A stretch of 54,108 nt of DNA, from NCBI GenBank assembly GCA_016937995.1, contig JAFGVM010000016.1:165224-219331 (forward strand), in the 5' to 3' direction. Below, in pieces: positions 27,484-37,858 of this stretch. The notes beneath the pieces are model-generated. The model made no database searches. It had not been told where the DNA came from and was given only the letters and a program-made list of their open reading frames with translations. Numbering within the stretch: the stretch's first letter is position 1; each line of letters opens with the position of its first letter. Made by a program: the position numbers and the translations under genes. The DNA comes from Candidatus Delongbacteria bacterium (GTDB lineage: Bacteria > UBA4055).

Positions 27484-28872
27484 ATGACAAAAAAAAACAA
27501 CGATATTGAAATAACAGCAGGGAAACCTATATACGGCGGGAAATGCCTTTCAGAATATGAAGGTAAAAAAGTTATGCTTGAAAGAGCTTTACCCGGAGAA
27601 AAGGTCGTTGCTTACATAAAAAAGAAAAAGAAAGGTTACATTGAAGCATCTGCAAAAGAAATATTGGAAAGATCACCGCATAGAATTGAATCAGAGTGTA
27701 AGTACTATCCAACTTGCGGTGGTTGTAAGTTAAGAGATGTTGACTATGATTATCAGACCTGGATCAAAGAGGAAGTTGTAAGAGATTGCGTTGAGCGTAT
27801 TGGAAAAGTAAAAGATTATAAATTCCTTCCGATAGTAAAAGCTGACAATTCCAGCCATTATAGGAATAAAATGGAATTCACATTCTCTGAAGAAAGGTAT
27901 TACATGTCTAAAGATGAACCTTTTGATCAGGATAATTTTTCACTGGGTTTTCATGCTCCTAAATTTTACAGTAAGGTGATAGATGTTGAATACTGCTATC
28001 ATCAACCTGAACTGCTGAATGAAATCTACAAAAGTCTCAGAGATATTTTAAAATCTTCAGGTCTTGAACCTTACAATATTACCAAACATACGGGATTTTT
28101 AAGATATTTGGTAATACGCATAACAACTGAAAATAATGTAATGATAAATCTCGTTACAAAGTCCAGAGAATTAGATATTATCAGCTCTATTGCAGATCAG
28201 TTAAAGAGCAAACATCCCGAGATAATTTCATTTATGAACACTATAAATAAGGGTCTCAGCAGTACTGCCTACGGAGAAGAAACTATCTTGATACAGGGTA
28301 ATGATATAATCACAGATTTTATCGGAGATTACAAATTTGAGATCAGCAGTAATTCATTCTTTCAGGTCAATCCTGATCAGACACATAAATTGTACGATAA
28401 GATAGTCGAATTTGCAGAACTCAAAGGGAATGAAAATGTATTGGATCTTTACTGCGGGGTCGGAACTATAGCTATTTATATAAATAAACTTGTAAGAAGT
28501 GTTACCGGTTTTGAACTGGTGGAGGAAGCTGTTATTAACGCTCAAAAAAATGCAGAGCTTAACAGTATTACAAATTGCAAATTCGTTTCAGGTGATCTAA
28601 TGAACCTTGCAAAAGAAGGAGAAATATTCAAAGAAATATTCGATATTATTATAACTGATCCTCCAAGAGACGGAATGCACCCGAAAGTTGTTCAGTCAAT
28701 TATTGATTCCGGAGTATCTAAGATAGTTTATGTTTCCTGCAACCCGTCAACATTTGCAAGAGATGTTCAACTATTTGAGATGGGTGGCTATAAATTAAAA
28801 ATAGTTCAACCTGTTGATATGTTCCCTCATACTTATCATGTTGAAACTGTCGGGTTGTTGTTAAAACAATAA
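27484..28872 (+). CDS. rlmD: 23S rRNA (uracil-5)-methyltransferase RlmD/RumA
   Basis: TRAM domain, C..Y..CGGC Fe-S motif, YRNKMEF, SFFQVN, DLYCGVG, DPPR, YVSCNP, DMFPHTYHVE. Confidence 0.93.
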   Translation: MTKKNNDIEITAGKPIYGGKCLSEYEGKKVMLERALPGEKVVAYIKKKKKGYIEASAKEILERSPHRIESECKYYPTCGGCKLRDVDYDYQTWIKEEVVRDCVERIGKVKDYKFLPIVKADNSSHYRNKMEFTFSEERYYMSKDEPFDQDNFSLGFHAPKFYSKVIDVEYCYHQPELLNEIYKSLRDILKSSGLEPYNITKHTGFLRYLVIRITTENNVMINLVTKSRELDIISSIADQLKSKHPEIISFMNTINKGLSSTAYGEETILIQGNDIITDFIGDYKFEISSNSFFQVNPDQTHKLYDKIVEFAELKGNENVLDLYCGVGTIAIYINKLVRSVTGFELVEEAVINAQKNAELNSITNCKFVSGDLMNLAKEGEIFKEIFDIIITDPPRDGMHPKVVQSIIDSGVSKIVYVSCNPSTFARDVQLFEMGGYKLKIVQPVDMFPHTYHVETVGLLLKQ

Positions 28873-28927
28873 ATTCTGTAGTGAACACATTCAAGCTGTT
28901 CTAAAAGCGAATTAAAAAAGGTTTTAT

Positions 28928-31900
28928 ATGGTAAATTCAAAAGTATTAGCACAGAAATATCACGAGTATATTGAGAACAATATTCAGCCCGACAAACAGA
29001 CCATGAAGAATATTGAGGACTCGAGATTAATATATTTTACAAAATTATTTGCTGTGGTTGCTTCTGTTGAAAAAGAACTGAGTGAAACTGAATATGCGTA
29101 CATTCTGGAATTTTACTGGATTAATTATCCTGACACCATTGCTTTCTATTTATTTAAAAAATTCGAAGAGTTCAAAAAGAAATATGTTTCAATTCAGTCA
29201 TATGATATTGAAAATGACAGTAATACATCCTATGGGGAAAAAGTTTTTATTCTTTTCAAGATCTATGAGTTTATTTATCTGTTGGGAAAAGTAAATAATT
29301 CAAAAATCCAAACAGGAAGAAAAATAGCATCATTACTCGGGATCAACAACGAGGAACTGAGCCTGGTTGAATCTATTTTCAACGGTAATTTTGATTATTC
29401 TGATGTTCGCAGGAATGTTAATATAAAATATATCGTTGTCAGTAATGATGAAAATAAAAGTGATGTATACCTTCCTTTCAAAGACCTTAGTCTGATAATT
29501 TTTAATCTTGAGAAGTTTTACTTCTTAATCAAACTCGATGAAAACAGCTCTGTTCATATAAATAATTTTAATTTGATGAACAAGATTTCGTTCAAAATGC
29601 CATATGGAAGCAACCTGTCCATAAATGATTACACTATCGAGTCAGAGGATATTAAGCTTTATATAAAAATCAAGTACAATATCTACCCTGACAAACATTT
29701 CTTCCTTAACGTTAAGAACGGAAATATCGAACTTGAAAAAGAGCAGGGAAATCATACTATAGCAAAATTAGATTTCATAGGTTCAAAAATCATCCTTGAT
29801 AAAGTTAGGTACGATACTGAATTTTCAATAAATGATACAATTATCACCGGAAGAACGCTGATAAATATAAATGATTTTGTGAAAGTGAACGGAAGCTACC
29901 TAAATATCAGGAAATTAAAATATCAGGAATTTTTCGAAAATGAATATATCAGATTTACTGAAGGTAAGAACGAGTATCAAATATCAAATTATGTCGGGTC
30001 TGATATTTATCTGAGTGATAAATCAGAGTTCAAATGGGAAGGTAAGATCATTTTTAAGGATGGTATTTATTTTCTTAACACAGGAACCTGCTATCATCCG
30101 GTATGGATAATTAGAGACAATATTGATTTTCAGATAAATAAACAAACTACTTTTCTGGGAAGGAAGATCAAACAGGAAAAATTATTTGAGCTCAAGGATA
30201 ATGATATAATTTTCATTCAGGGAAATGTTCTGAAATTAAATTTACAAAATAAACTTTTTGAAAAAACTTACTTTCGTTATATATCCTACAGAGCTGAAGA
30301 TCTGAGTTATTACTTTTCAGACAATGCAAAAGCGATTGACTCTGTTTCTTTTGAAGTGGATCATGGAGATCTGATATGTATTATGGGTCCCAGTGGTGCA
30401 GGGAAAAGTACTTTGTTGAAGATCCTCAGCGGAAAAATAAAGCCTCAAAAAGGTGAAATTTTTGCTGATAATTTTAATTTTTTTGAATATTACGAAAAAA
30501 TTAAACGTTTTATCAGCTATGTCCCTCAGGATGATGTAATATTTGAAAATCTGACCGTTTTTGAGAATTTTTATTATAATGCAAAATTAAGATTTCCAAA
30601 ACTGAGTGAAAAGAATTTGTCGGAAAAAGTTGATAGCGTTATAAAAGAAATTGGATTGATCTCAAAGAGAGATACCAGGGTTGGAACTGAACTGGATAAG
30701 ATCCTGAGCAGCGGTGAAAGAAAGAGAATGAATATCGGGCTTGAGCTTTTATCTGATTCTAACATTTATTTCTTTGATGAACCTACCACAGGATTATCGT
30801 CAAAGGATAGTGAAAAAGTTATAGAACTTCTTGACAAACTTTCTAAGAACGGAAAGATAATATTCACTGTGATCCATCAGCCAAGCTATAAAATATATAA
30901 AAAATTCAATAAGATAATTCTTCTGGACCATGGCGGAAAACTTGCATATTCCGGAGAGACCCGCAATGCACTTGATTATTTCAAACTAAGCTCAAACAAG
31001 TTTGAGACAGATATCGTGATCAACGATAAGGACAGGATCGATCCCGATCTTTTACTTGACAGCCTCGAAGAACCATTGAGAGATATTGACGGAAGTGTTA
31101 TTCCTGAAAGAAAATATTCCCCGGAATACTGGAAAAATAAATTCAAAGACCATCTTAAAGAGTTAAGGTCTGTAAAAATACCGGCAGGAGACCTTGTTAA
31201 CGATGTACCGTCAAGAAATTTTGACCTTGAAGGAAAGCTGAAGCAGTTCTTTACACTGTTCACAAGGAATTTTAAGAACAAAATGAGAAATAATTCTAAT
31301 ATTTTGATAACTTTCCTAGAAGCACCAGTACTGGCTTTGATAGTAGGTTTTATTCTAAGATATGTACCCGTTGATAAATATACACTATACAACAATATCC
31401 ACATGCCTATATTCCTCTTCCTGACAGTGATCATTACTATATTTCTTTCTATGATGAACAGCTCTGATGAGATAATTAAAGATATGGAGGTCCTTGAAAG
31501 GGAAAAAATGCTCGATGTGAAGTATAAAAGATATTTCATTTCCAAGTTTTTTACCCAATTGATCTTCGCGACCATCCAGAATATTTTATACCTTGCTGTT
31601 GCTTTCAGTCTTCTGGAGATCAGAGAATTGTACTTTGAATACCTTCTTTTCATGACAATAATTTCAATTTCAGGTATCTCTATGGGATTCTTTATTTCTT
31701 CCATTCCAGGATTGACGGTAAAAGCTGTTCAGAATATCGTACCGTTGATTTTGATACCTCAGATAATTTTCGGTGGAGCTTTGATCCAGTACAAAGAACT
31801 TAATACTTCACTTACCATCTATGAAAATTCTCCAATACCTGAAGTTTGCCAGTTCATGCCTTCAAGATGGGCTTATGAAGGTTTAATGGTACTTCAGGAC

Positions 31901-32386
31901 ACATACAACAGTTATCATCCGAAGAAAGACGCTTTACAGAAACAACTTGATGATCTGATAAAGAACAGACCGGATCAAAATAATGAAGATGATAAAGATT
32001 CCTACAATAAAAAAAAGTATGACTTACTGAATAAAGAAATGGTAAATATCCGTAAGAAATATATGTCGGATTACGGTAACAGGGAGATACATAGAGCCAT
32101 AGTTTCAGGAAATGAGAGATTTGATCACAAATTTAAAATCGCAAAATTAATTGAATCCAGAGATAGCGACGAGGAGATACACAGGAAGATATTGTATCCG
32201 ATGTTCACTAGTGAAAAAGTTCTACCGTTCCTGGATGTTAAAGTTAACACTTCTGTTTATAATGCTTTCATTTTGATAATGATATCGCTGTTGATAAACT
32301 CTTTGACATTTATAATGCTTGCGAACAGAAGTAGATTCCTGGTATTATTTTCAAGTAGAAGAAATAAAAAAAGGAGAAACAAATGA
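28928..32386 (+). CDS. ABCG-type half transporter (NBD then TMD) with N-terminal TerB-like and three FHA-like domains
   Basis: GPSGAGKST, YVPQDD, LSSGERKR, FFDEP and VIHQP, then ABC2 membrane helices (IPQIIFGG, PSRWAYEGL). The N-terminal domain calls are by pattern only. Confidence 0.85.
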   Translation: MVNSKVLAQKYHEYIENNIQPDKQTMKNIEDSRLIYFTKLFAVVASVEKELSETEYAYILEFYWINYPDTIAFYLFKKFEEFKKKYVSIQSYDIENDSNTSYGEKVFILFKIYEFIYLLGKVNNSKIQTGRKIASLLGINNEELSLVESIFNGNFDYSDVRRNVNIKYIVVSNDENKSDVYLPFKDLSLIIFNLEKFYFLIKLDENSSVHINNFNLMNKISFKMPYGSNLSINDYTIESEDIKLYIKIKYNIYPDKHFFLNVKNGNIELEKEQGNHTIAKLDFIGSKIILDKVRYDTEFSINDTIITGRTLININDFVKVNGSYLNIRKLKYQEFFENEYIRFTEGKNEYQISNYVGSDIYLSDKSEFKWEGKIIFKDGIYFLNTGTCYHPVWIIRDNIDFQINKQTTFLGRKIKQEKLFELKDNDIIFIQGNVLKLNLQNKLFEKTYFRYISYRAEDLSYYFSDNAKAIDSVSFEVDHGDLICIMGPSGAGKSTLLKILSGKIKPQKGEIFADNFNFFEYYEKIKRFISYVPQDDVIFENLTVFENFYYNAKLRFPKLSEKNLSEKVDSVIKEIGLISKRDTRVGTELDKILSSGERKRMNIGLELLSDSNIYFFDEPTTGLSSKDSEKVIELLDKLSKNGKIIFTVIHQPSYKIYKKFNKIILLDHGGKLAYSGETRNALDYFKLSSNKFETDIVINDKDRIDPDLLLDSLEEPLRDIDGSVIPERKYSPEYWKNKFKDHLKELRSVKIPAGDLVNDVPSRNFDLEGKLKQFFTLFTRNFKNKMRNNSNILITFLEAPVLALIVGFILRYVPVDKYTLYNNIHMPIFLFLTVIITIFLSMMNSSDEIIKDMEVLEREKMLDVKYKRYFISKFFTQLIFATIQNILYLAVAFSLLEIRELYFEYLLFMTIISISGISMGFFISSIPGLTVKAVQNIVPLILIPQIIFGGALIQYKELNTSLTIYENSPIPEVCQFMPSRWAYEGLMVLQDTYNSYHPKKDALQKQLDDLIKNRPDQNNEDDKDSYNKKKYDLLNKEMVNIRKKYMSDYGNREIHRAIVSGNERFDHKFKIAKLIESRDSDEEIHRKILYPMFTSEKVLPFLDVKVNTSVYNAFILIMISLLINSLTFIMLANRSRFLVLFSSRRNKKRRNK

Positions 32387-33636
32387 AATACGAACAAATA
32401 CGACTGAATCTTGAAAAAGAGTTTGGAGAAGAGATCAACAGGATCATCCAGGGAAACGTAATTTTAAAACTTCTGATAGATGCAAGAGTAATGAATGCTT
32501 CTGATAGCTATTCCAAGATCATGGAAAGTTACAACTTTAAGATCACCAAAGAAATGACACCCAAACTTTATAAATTATGTCAGGGAGTTAAAAAAACTTT
32601 AAAATTCAGTGATAAGATCGATTTTTTCGTTGTAAATTCTCCTGAGATGAATGCCTTTGCTATTCCGAGCAACTATAAGGAACTTCCACACAGAATAGCT
32701 TTAAATTCTACTATAATTGATAAAATGGATGATGATGAACTCAAGTTCGTTATCGGTCATGAGATAGGACATCTTGTAACAAAAACATATAAGATCAATC
32801 AGATGATGAGTTTCATTTTTCAGAATAAACCTCCAAATCTTTTACTTAAGCAGAAATATCTTTTCTGGGGAAAACTCTGTGAACTTTCAGCTGATAGATT
32901 CGGACTGATAGCTAACCAGAATGTAGAGAAAGCTATCTCAAGTTTTTTCAAACTTATCTCAGGATTGCCTAAGAATATTATCGACTTTGATCTGAGGGCT
33001 TTTATCAAACAGAATGAGCAGAACCTTGAAAAACATATAAATGAGATGTCTTCTCAAAGGATTTCACATCCTATACCAGCTTTAAGGGTAATATCTCTGG
33101 ACAGGTTCAGTAAATCTTCCCTGTACAAACATATTGAAAAGACCGGAAAAACTAAAGCTGATAAGACTCTTTCAAAAAATATGAACACTATCCTGCAGAA
33201 ATTCTTCTTAATGGGCAACGAGCATGATGTTCACAGGATGAGATTTATTGCTTCAGCTGGATTGATCACTGCTCAGATCGACAAACAACTTACAAGTGTT
33301 GAAATTGAAGCTATAATTGAGACACTTGCAAATTATCTTCTGTTTCCAAAAGAATTCCTTGATGATATGATCAAAAGTAATAAAGTGAATGAGATATTCA
33401 ATGATTCAATAAATAATCTTCTCGATCCTCAGAAGAACAAAGGGTCTATTCAGCAGGAAGCTGAAATGATGTTCAATTACCTTATTGTGATCGTTATGTC
33501 TGATAACAGGATAGAGCAGGCTGAGATCGATTTCTTGAATAAAATCGGTACAGAGTTATTCGGTTTTCCACTGGAGAAAATAGCGTATATGATCGCAGGA
33601 ATAGTCGCCAGCAACTATTCACCAAGAGTTGTTTAG
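32383..33636 (+). CDS. M48 (HtpX/Ste24-like) zinc metallopeptidase fused to a C-terminal TerB-like domain
   Basis: NAFA, VIGHEIGH, ELSADR, SHP...R; C-terminal IDKQLTSVEIEAI and SDNRIEQAEIDFLNKI. ATGA overlap with the transporter. Confidence 0.85.
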   Translation: MKYEQIRLNLEKEFGEEINRIIQGNVILKLLIDARVMNASDSYSKIMESYNFKITKEMTPKLYKLCQGVKKTLKFSDKIDFFVVNSPEMNAFAIPSNYKELPHRIALNSTIIDKMDDDELKFVIGHEIGHLVTKTYKINQMMSFIFQNKPPNLLLKQKYLFWGKLCELSADRFGLIANQNVEKAISSFFKLISGLPKNIIDFDLRAFIKQNEQNLEKHINEMSSQRISHPIPALRVISLDRFSKSSLYKHIEKTGKTKADKTLSKNMNTILQKFFLMGNEHDVHRMRFIASAGLITAQIDKQLTSVEIEAIIETLANYLLFPKEFLDDMIKSNKVNEIFNDSINNLLDPQKNKGSIQQEAEMMFNYLIVIVMSDNRIEQAEIDFLNKIGTELFGFPLEKIAYMIAGIVASNYSPRVV

Positions 33637-33642
33637 ATTTTT

Positions 33643-33670
33643 TAGGGAGCGGTTTCAAACCGTTCCCTAC
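33643..33670 (-). repeat. GTAG-type REP between convergent genes, supplying the TAG stop of the YIP1 gene
   Basis: Minus strand GTAGGGAACGGTTTGAAACCGCTCCCTA; similar to 18173-18201. Confidence 0.7.
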
Positions 33671-34392
33671 ATAGCCAACGAGAACACAAAAACCAGCAAT
33701 ATAAAACTGCTGAAGATCGACAACAACATCCCTTTTACAGCTAATTTTTTACTTACCTCATGTGCTTCAGTGATCCCAATGTATATCAAATAGATCCACC
33801 AGAGATAAACCAGTATATTAAAAAATGGATTACTGAAGGGTATTATTGCAACAAGGCTTGTTACCATAGAATAGGCTAATATTCTGAACGTAGCCTCGTA
33901 ACCATTCACTGACGCTCCGGCCATAGATAAAGAGAAATGCCATACCCATACAAGAATGTAGAACAGAACAAAGTTCAGAAGTAAATTTTTGAATAGGTCC
34001 AGAATGGTCGGATCTTTGATCTCAGTTTTCATAATTTCGCTATCAGGATCAACAAGATCAGGATTCTCCTGCATAGCTGCTTTTAATTGTTCCGCTGGTG
34101 AATCTATCAATCCTGTGTTTATATAAAAACCCGTAAAAAAAACATTGATCGAAAGCATTATCAAAACAAAAAGGACAGGAAACCTCAAACCTTTGTTAAT
34201 GTGCATCTTTGAATAAAATTCTCCAGGTGATTTGATCAACATTAAAACCGATAAATAAAATCCATTTAAGAAACCATACTTCTCTGTTTCCTCGAAAGGA
34301 ATATTCTCAAAATTTTCTATATTATTTTCTTCAAGCATTTGTTTTCCTATTATTTTGGACAAGGTGGCTTTAGCCCCTTGTAAAAATTTCAT
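33667..34392 (-). CDS. YIP1-family membrane protein
   Basis: SPGEFYSKM; five TM segments; GYEATFRILAYS; GITEAHEVSKKLA. Confidence 0.75.
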   Translation of the reverse strand: MKFLQGAKATLSKIIGKQMLEENNIENFENIPFEETEKYGFLNGFYLSVLMLIKSPGEFYSKMHINKGLRFPVLFVLIMLSINVFFTGFYINTGLIDSPAEQLKAAMQENPDLVDPDSEIMKTEIKDPTILDLFKNLLLNFVLFYILVWVWHFSLSMAGASVNGYEATFRILAYSMVTSLVAIIPFSNPFFNILVYLWWIYLIYIGITEAHEVSKKLAVKGMLLSIFSSFILLVFVFSLAM

Positions 34393-34429
34393 GATTCAAA
34401 ACCAAAGACTCAAAACCCGAAACCCACAA

Positions 34430-35065
34430 CTAATCCATCTTCACTGCTATTCCTAGTCCATCACCCAAAGCCAACAATTGAGATTTGAACCCGTTTAATT
34501 TAGAAAATCTCTTATTAAATTCCTGAAGTGTGGGAACAGCTGCCTTTGGAGGATCAAAACTCTCAGGCGAATAGACCGATCCCTTCCAGAAAAGATTATC
34601 CACAAGAATTATTCCATCAGAATTAATATGCTCTATGGCGTAATCCAGGTATAACGGATATCCCCTTTTGTCTGCATCAATGAAGATTATATCGAATTTT
34701 TCGTCTATCCTGAAAAGCATTTTTTCAGCTCGACCGTTTATCAATTTAATTTTATCCTCTACATTGAACTTTTTAAAATTCTCTAATGCCTGATTTTGAA
34801 GATCTTCCCTATAGTCCAATGTGTATATCATTCCCTTTCTTAAAACTCTTGCCATTGTTAAAGCTGAAAAACCAACATTAGTACCTATTTCAAGTATTTT
34901 ATCCGGTTGCTTGATCATAACTATCTGAGAAAGAAATTTTGCAGTATCTCTCCCTACTACCGGGAATTTATTTTCAACCAGATATGAATAGAGCTCTTCT
35001 GTACCATCAGGATCCAGCTTTAGCAGATAATCGAGATATACTTTAAGTTTTTCATTGAGTATCAT
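34430..35065 (-). CDS. SAM-dependent O-methyltransferase (caffeoyl-CoA OMT/TrmR-like)
   Basis: ILEIGTNVGFS, FDIIFIDADK, DN.FWKG, LGDGL. Confidence 0.9.
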   Translation of the reverse strand: MILNEKLKVYLDYLLKLDPDGTEELYSYLVENKFPVVGRDTAKFLSQIVMIKQPDKILEIGTNVGFSALTMARVLRKGMIYTLDYREDLQNQALENFKKFNVEDKIKLINGRAEKMLFRIDEKFDIIFIDADKRGYPLYLDYAIEHINSDGIILVDNLFWKGSVYSPESFDPPKAAVPTLQEFNKRFSKLNGFKSQLLALGDGLGIAVKMD

Positions 35066-35092
35066 AATTAACCCCGGATTTGTTGAACATCA

Positions 35093-35121
35093 AATATAAG
35101 TAAAATAGGGTTAAGGGGCAA
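35093..35121 (-). promoter_or_regulatory. Promoter for the O-methyltransferase/YIP1 genes
   Basis: Minus strand TTGCCC-N17-TATATT. Confidence 0.55.
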
Positions 35122-35245
35122 GAGACATATAGGTTATGCCTAACAACCCTTCCCCCATCTGTCCATTGGTCAATGTCAGCTGTTTCCAAAAAATATATCA
35201 ATAATTCAATGAAGTAAATGCAGCATATTTTCCAATGTTTTTCTC

Positions 35246-35274
35246 TTGACTAAACAGCTTTAATGAACTATATT
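35246..35274 (+). promoter_or_regulatory. thrS operon promoter
   Basis: TTGACT-N17-TATATT. Confidence 0.65.
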
Positions 35275-35324
35275 CAGTTCCTTGTATAAAAAGCAGGTAA
35301 CAAACAAGTAAAGTGAGGGTGAAA

Positions 35325-37262
35325 ATGATAAAAATAACATTTCCGGACAAAAGCGTGAGAGAGTTTGAACAGGGTATCAAAGCTTATCAGGTGGCAACAT
35401 CAATAAGCACAAGCCTTGCAAAAACGACGATCGCTGCGTCAGTGAACGGAAAGGTTGTTGACCTTGATCATCAGATTAACTCTGATGCAGGTATCATTTT
35501 CCATTCTTTTTCAAGTAAAGAGGGAAAAGAAGTCTACTGGCACTCTTCTTCACATATTATGGCACTTGCTGTAAAAAATCTATATCCGAATGTTAAAGTT
35601 GCTATCGGTCCTGCAATAGAACAGGGTTTTTATTATGATTTTGAAGCTGAGCCGTTTGCTGATGAAGATCTCAGAAAGATCGAAAAAGAAATGTCGAAGA
35701 TCATCAAGTCCGGAATGAAATTCGAAAGAAATGAGATCAGCAGAGAAGAAGCTATAAAGATGTTCGAGTCAAAAGGTGAAGATTACAAAGTTGAACTGAT
35801 AAAAGAACTTCCGGAGGGTGAGGTCATTTCAACTTATTCGCTTGGAGATTTTACTGATCTGTGTAGAGGTCCACATATATCGAACTCATCAAAAATCAAG
35901 CATGTAAGTTTATTAACCTCTTCCGGTGCATACTGGAGAGGTGATTCAAATAATAAAATGCTTCAAAGGATCTATGGCATAAGTTTTCCTGACAAGGATG
36001 AACTTGAGAAATTCCTGATGATCAGAGAAGAGGCTGAGAAAAGGAATCATAAAAAACTTGGACGTGAGCTTAACCTGTTCAGTTTTTTCCCTGAAGCACC
36101 CGGTTCTCCATTCTATAAGAAAAATGGTCTTATCATATTTGAAAAATTGATCGAATACTGGAGAGAAGAGCATAAGAAGGACGGATACGAAGAGATAAAA
36201 ACCCCTGTTATTCTTAAAAGAGAACTATGGGAAAGATCAGGTCACTGGGAAAATTATAGAGAGAATATGTTCACCAGCGAGATAGAAGGTGATCAGTTCG
36301 TTATAAAACCAATGAACTGCCCGGGCGGAATTCTGCTTTATAATTCTGAACTGCACTCATACAAAGACCTTCCTATTAGATCCGGTGAGATCGGACTTGA
36401 CCATAGAAATGAGTTCAGTGGCGCTTTATCAGGATTGTTCAGAGTAAGAGCATTCCATATGGATGATGCACACATATTCATGACACCGGCTCAGATAAAA
36501 GACGAGATAATCGGTGTTATTAAACTATTTGCAAGGGTATACAAAACTTTCGGATTGGAATATCATCTTGAACTTTCAACAAGACCTGAGAAATCAATTG
36601 GGACAGATGAAGCATGGGAAACAGCTACAGAAGGTCTTAGAGGAGCACTTGATGCATACGGTATCGGTTATGAAATAAACGAAGGTGACGGAGCTTTCTA
36701 CGGTCCTAAGATCGACTTTAAGATCCATGATGCTTTAAGCAGACAATGGCAATGCGGAACTATTCAGCTGGATATGAACCTTCCTGAGCGATTTGATGTA
36801 ACTTACATTGATGAAAACTCTGATAAGAAAAGAGCTATCATGATCCATAGGGCACTCTACGGTTCAATAGAAAGATTCATGGGAATTATAATCGAACATT
36901 TCGGTGGTTTCTTTCCATTATGGCTTGCACCTGTGCAGGTAACCGTGATACCTGTTAGTGACAAGTTCAATGACTATGCAAAATCAGTATATGATAAACT
37001 GAATTCACTTGGATATAGAGTTGAATTCGATGATAGATCAGAGAAAGTGGGTTACAAGATCAGAGAAGCAGATGGAATTAAGAAAACTCCATACATGCTG
37101 GTTATCGGTGAAAAAGAAGTTGAGACAAATATTTTTACTGTCAGACAGCATAAAAACGGTAACATTGGAGAATTAAGCTTAGAAGATTTTATTTCAAGAA
37201 TAAAAGTGGAAGTTGATACCAGGATTTTACCTGAAGGATATAAATTGGAATTTAATAAATAA
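35325..37262 (+). CDS. thrS: Threonine--tRNA ligase
   Basis: TGS domain, HSSSH, DLCRGPH, KPMNCP, GAFYGPKID, QCGTIQLD, IHRALYGSIERF. ATG 35325 is the likely start. Confidence 0.98.
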   Translation: MIKITFPDKSVREFEQGIKAYQVATSISTSLAKTTIAASVNGKVVDLDHQINSDAGIIFHSFSSKEGKEVYWHSSSHIMALAVKNLYPNVKVAIGPAIEQGFYYDFEAEPFADEDLRKIEKEMSKIIKSGMKFERNEISREEAIKMFESKGEDYKVELIKELPEGEVISTYSLGDFTDLCRGPHISNSSKIKHVSLLTSSGAYWRGDSNNKMLQRIYGISFPDKDELEKFLMIREEAEKRNHKKLGRELNLFSFFPEAPGSPFYKKNGLIIFEKLIEYWREEHKKDGYEEIKTPVILKRELWERSGHWENYRENMFTSEIEGDQFVIKPMNCPGGILLYNSELHSYKDLPIRSGEIGLDHRNEFSGALSGLFRVRAFHMDDAHIFMTPAQIKDEIIGVIKLFARVYKTFGLEYHLELSTRPEKSIGTDEAWETATEGLRGALDAYGIGYEINEGDGAFYGPKIDFKIHDALSRQWQCGTIQLDMNLPERFDVTYIDENSDKKRAIMIHRALYGSIERFMGIIIEHFGGFFPLWLAPVQVTVIPVSDKFNDYAKSVYDKLNSLGYRVEFDDRSEKVGYKIREADGIKKTPYMLVIGEKEVETNIFTVRQHKNGNIGELSLEDFISRIKVEVDTRILPEGYKLEFNK

Positions 37263-37274
37263 CGAGGTACGAGT

Positions 37275-37814
37275 ATTAAAAAAAATTACTCAAAAAGAAC
37301 AGCTGAACCTAATGTTAGGATCAATGAGCAGATCAGATATGATCAGATAAGGGTCATCGACGAGAACGGTGAACAGGCAGGGATCATGAGTTCTAAGGAA
37401 GCTAATGAACTTGCATTGGAAAAAAATCTGGATCTTGTTGAAATAGCTCCGAACGGTAAACCACCTGTATGCAAGATAATCGATTATGGTAAATTCCGTT
37501 ATGAACTTGCAAAGAAGGAAAAAGAGAGTAAAAAAAAGCAGCATAAAGTTGAATTGAAGACGATACGTATCATGTCTGTAAATATCGATCAACATGATAT
37601 TGAGATCAAATCAAAAAAAGCCAGAGAATTCCTGCTTGAAGGAAATAAAGTAAAAGTATTCCTTCAGTTCAGAGGCCGTGAGATAGTCCATAGAGATATG
37701 GGTAAAGATCTGCTGGAAAGCTTTTATTCTTTTCTTGAGGACATTGCTAAATTTGACTCTCCGATCGTGCAGGAAGGATTTAGAAGGATTTCAATGATAT
37801 TGACAAAGAAATAA
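37275..37814 (+). CDS. infC: Translation initiation factor IF-3 (ATT start)
   Basis: GAGG RBS then ATT 37275, in frame with RINEQIR...IRVIDENGEQ...DLVEIAP...PPVCKIIDYGK...FRGRE. Confidence 0.96.
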   Translation: MKKNYSKRTAEPNVRINEQIRYDQIRVIDENGEQAGIMSSKEANELALEKNLDLVEIAPNGKPPVCKIIDYGKFRYELAKKEKESKKKQHKVELKTIRIMSVNIDQHDIEIKSKKAREFLLEGNKVKVFLQFRGREIVHRDMGKDLLESFYSFLEDIAKFDSPIVQEGFRRISMILTKK

Positions 37815-37858
37815 ATTATAGTATTAGTAACTAACACAACAAACAGGAAGGGGAAAAC

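Noticed and set aside
35100-35324. T-box leader before thrS
   Set aside because: No T-box consensus, and the promoter lies only about 50 nt from the start codon.
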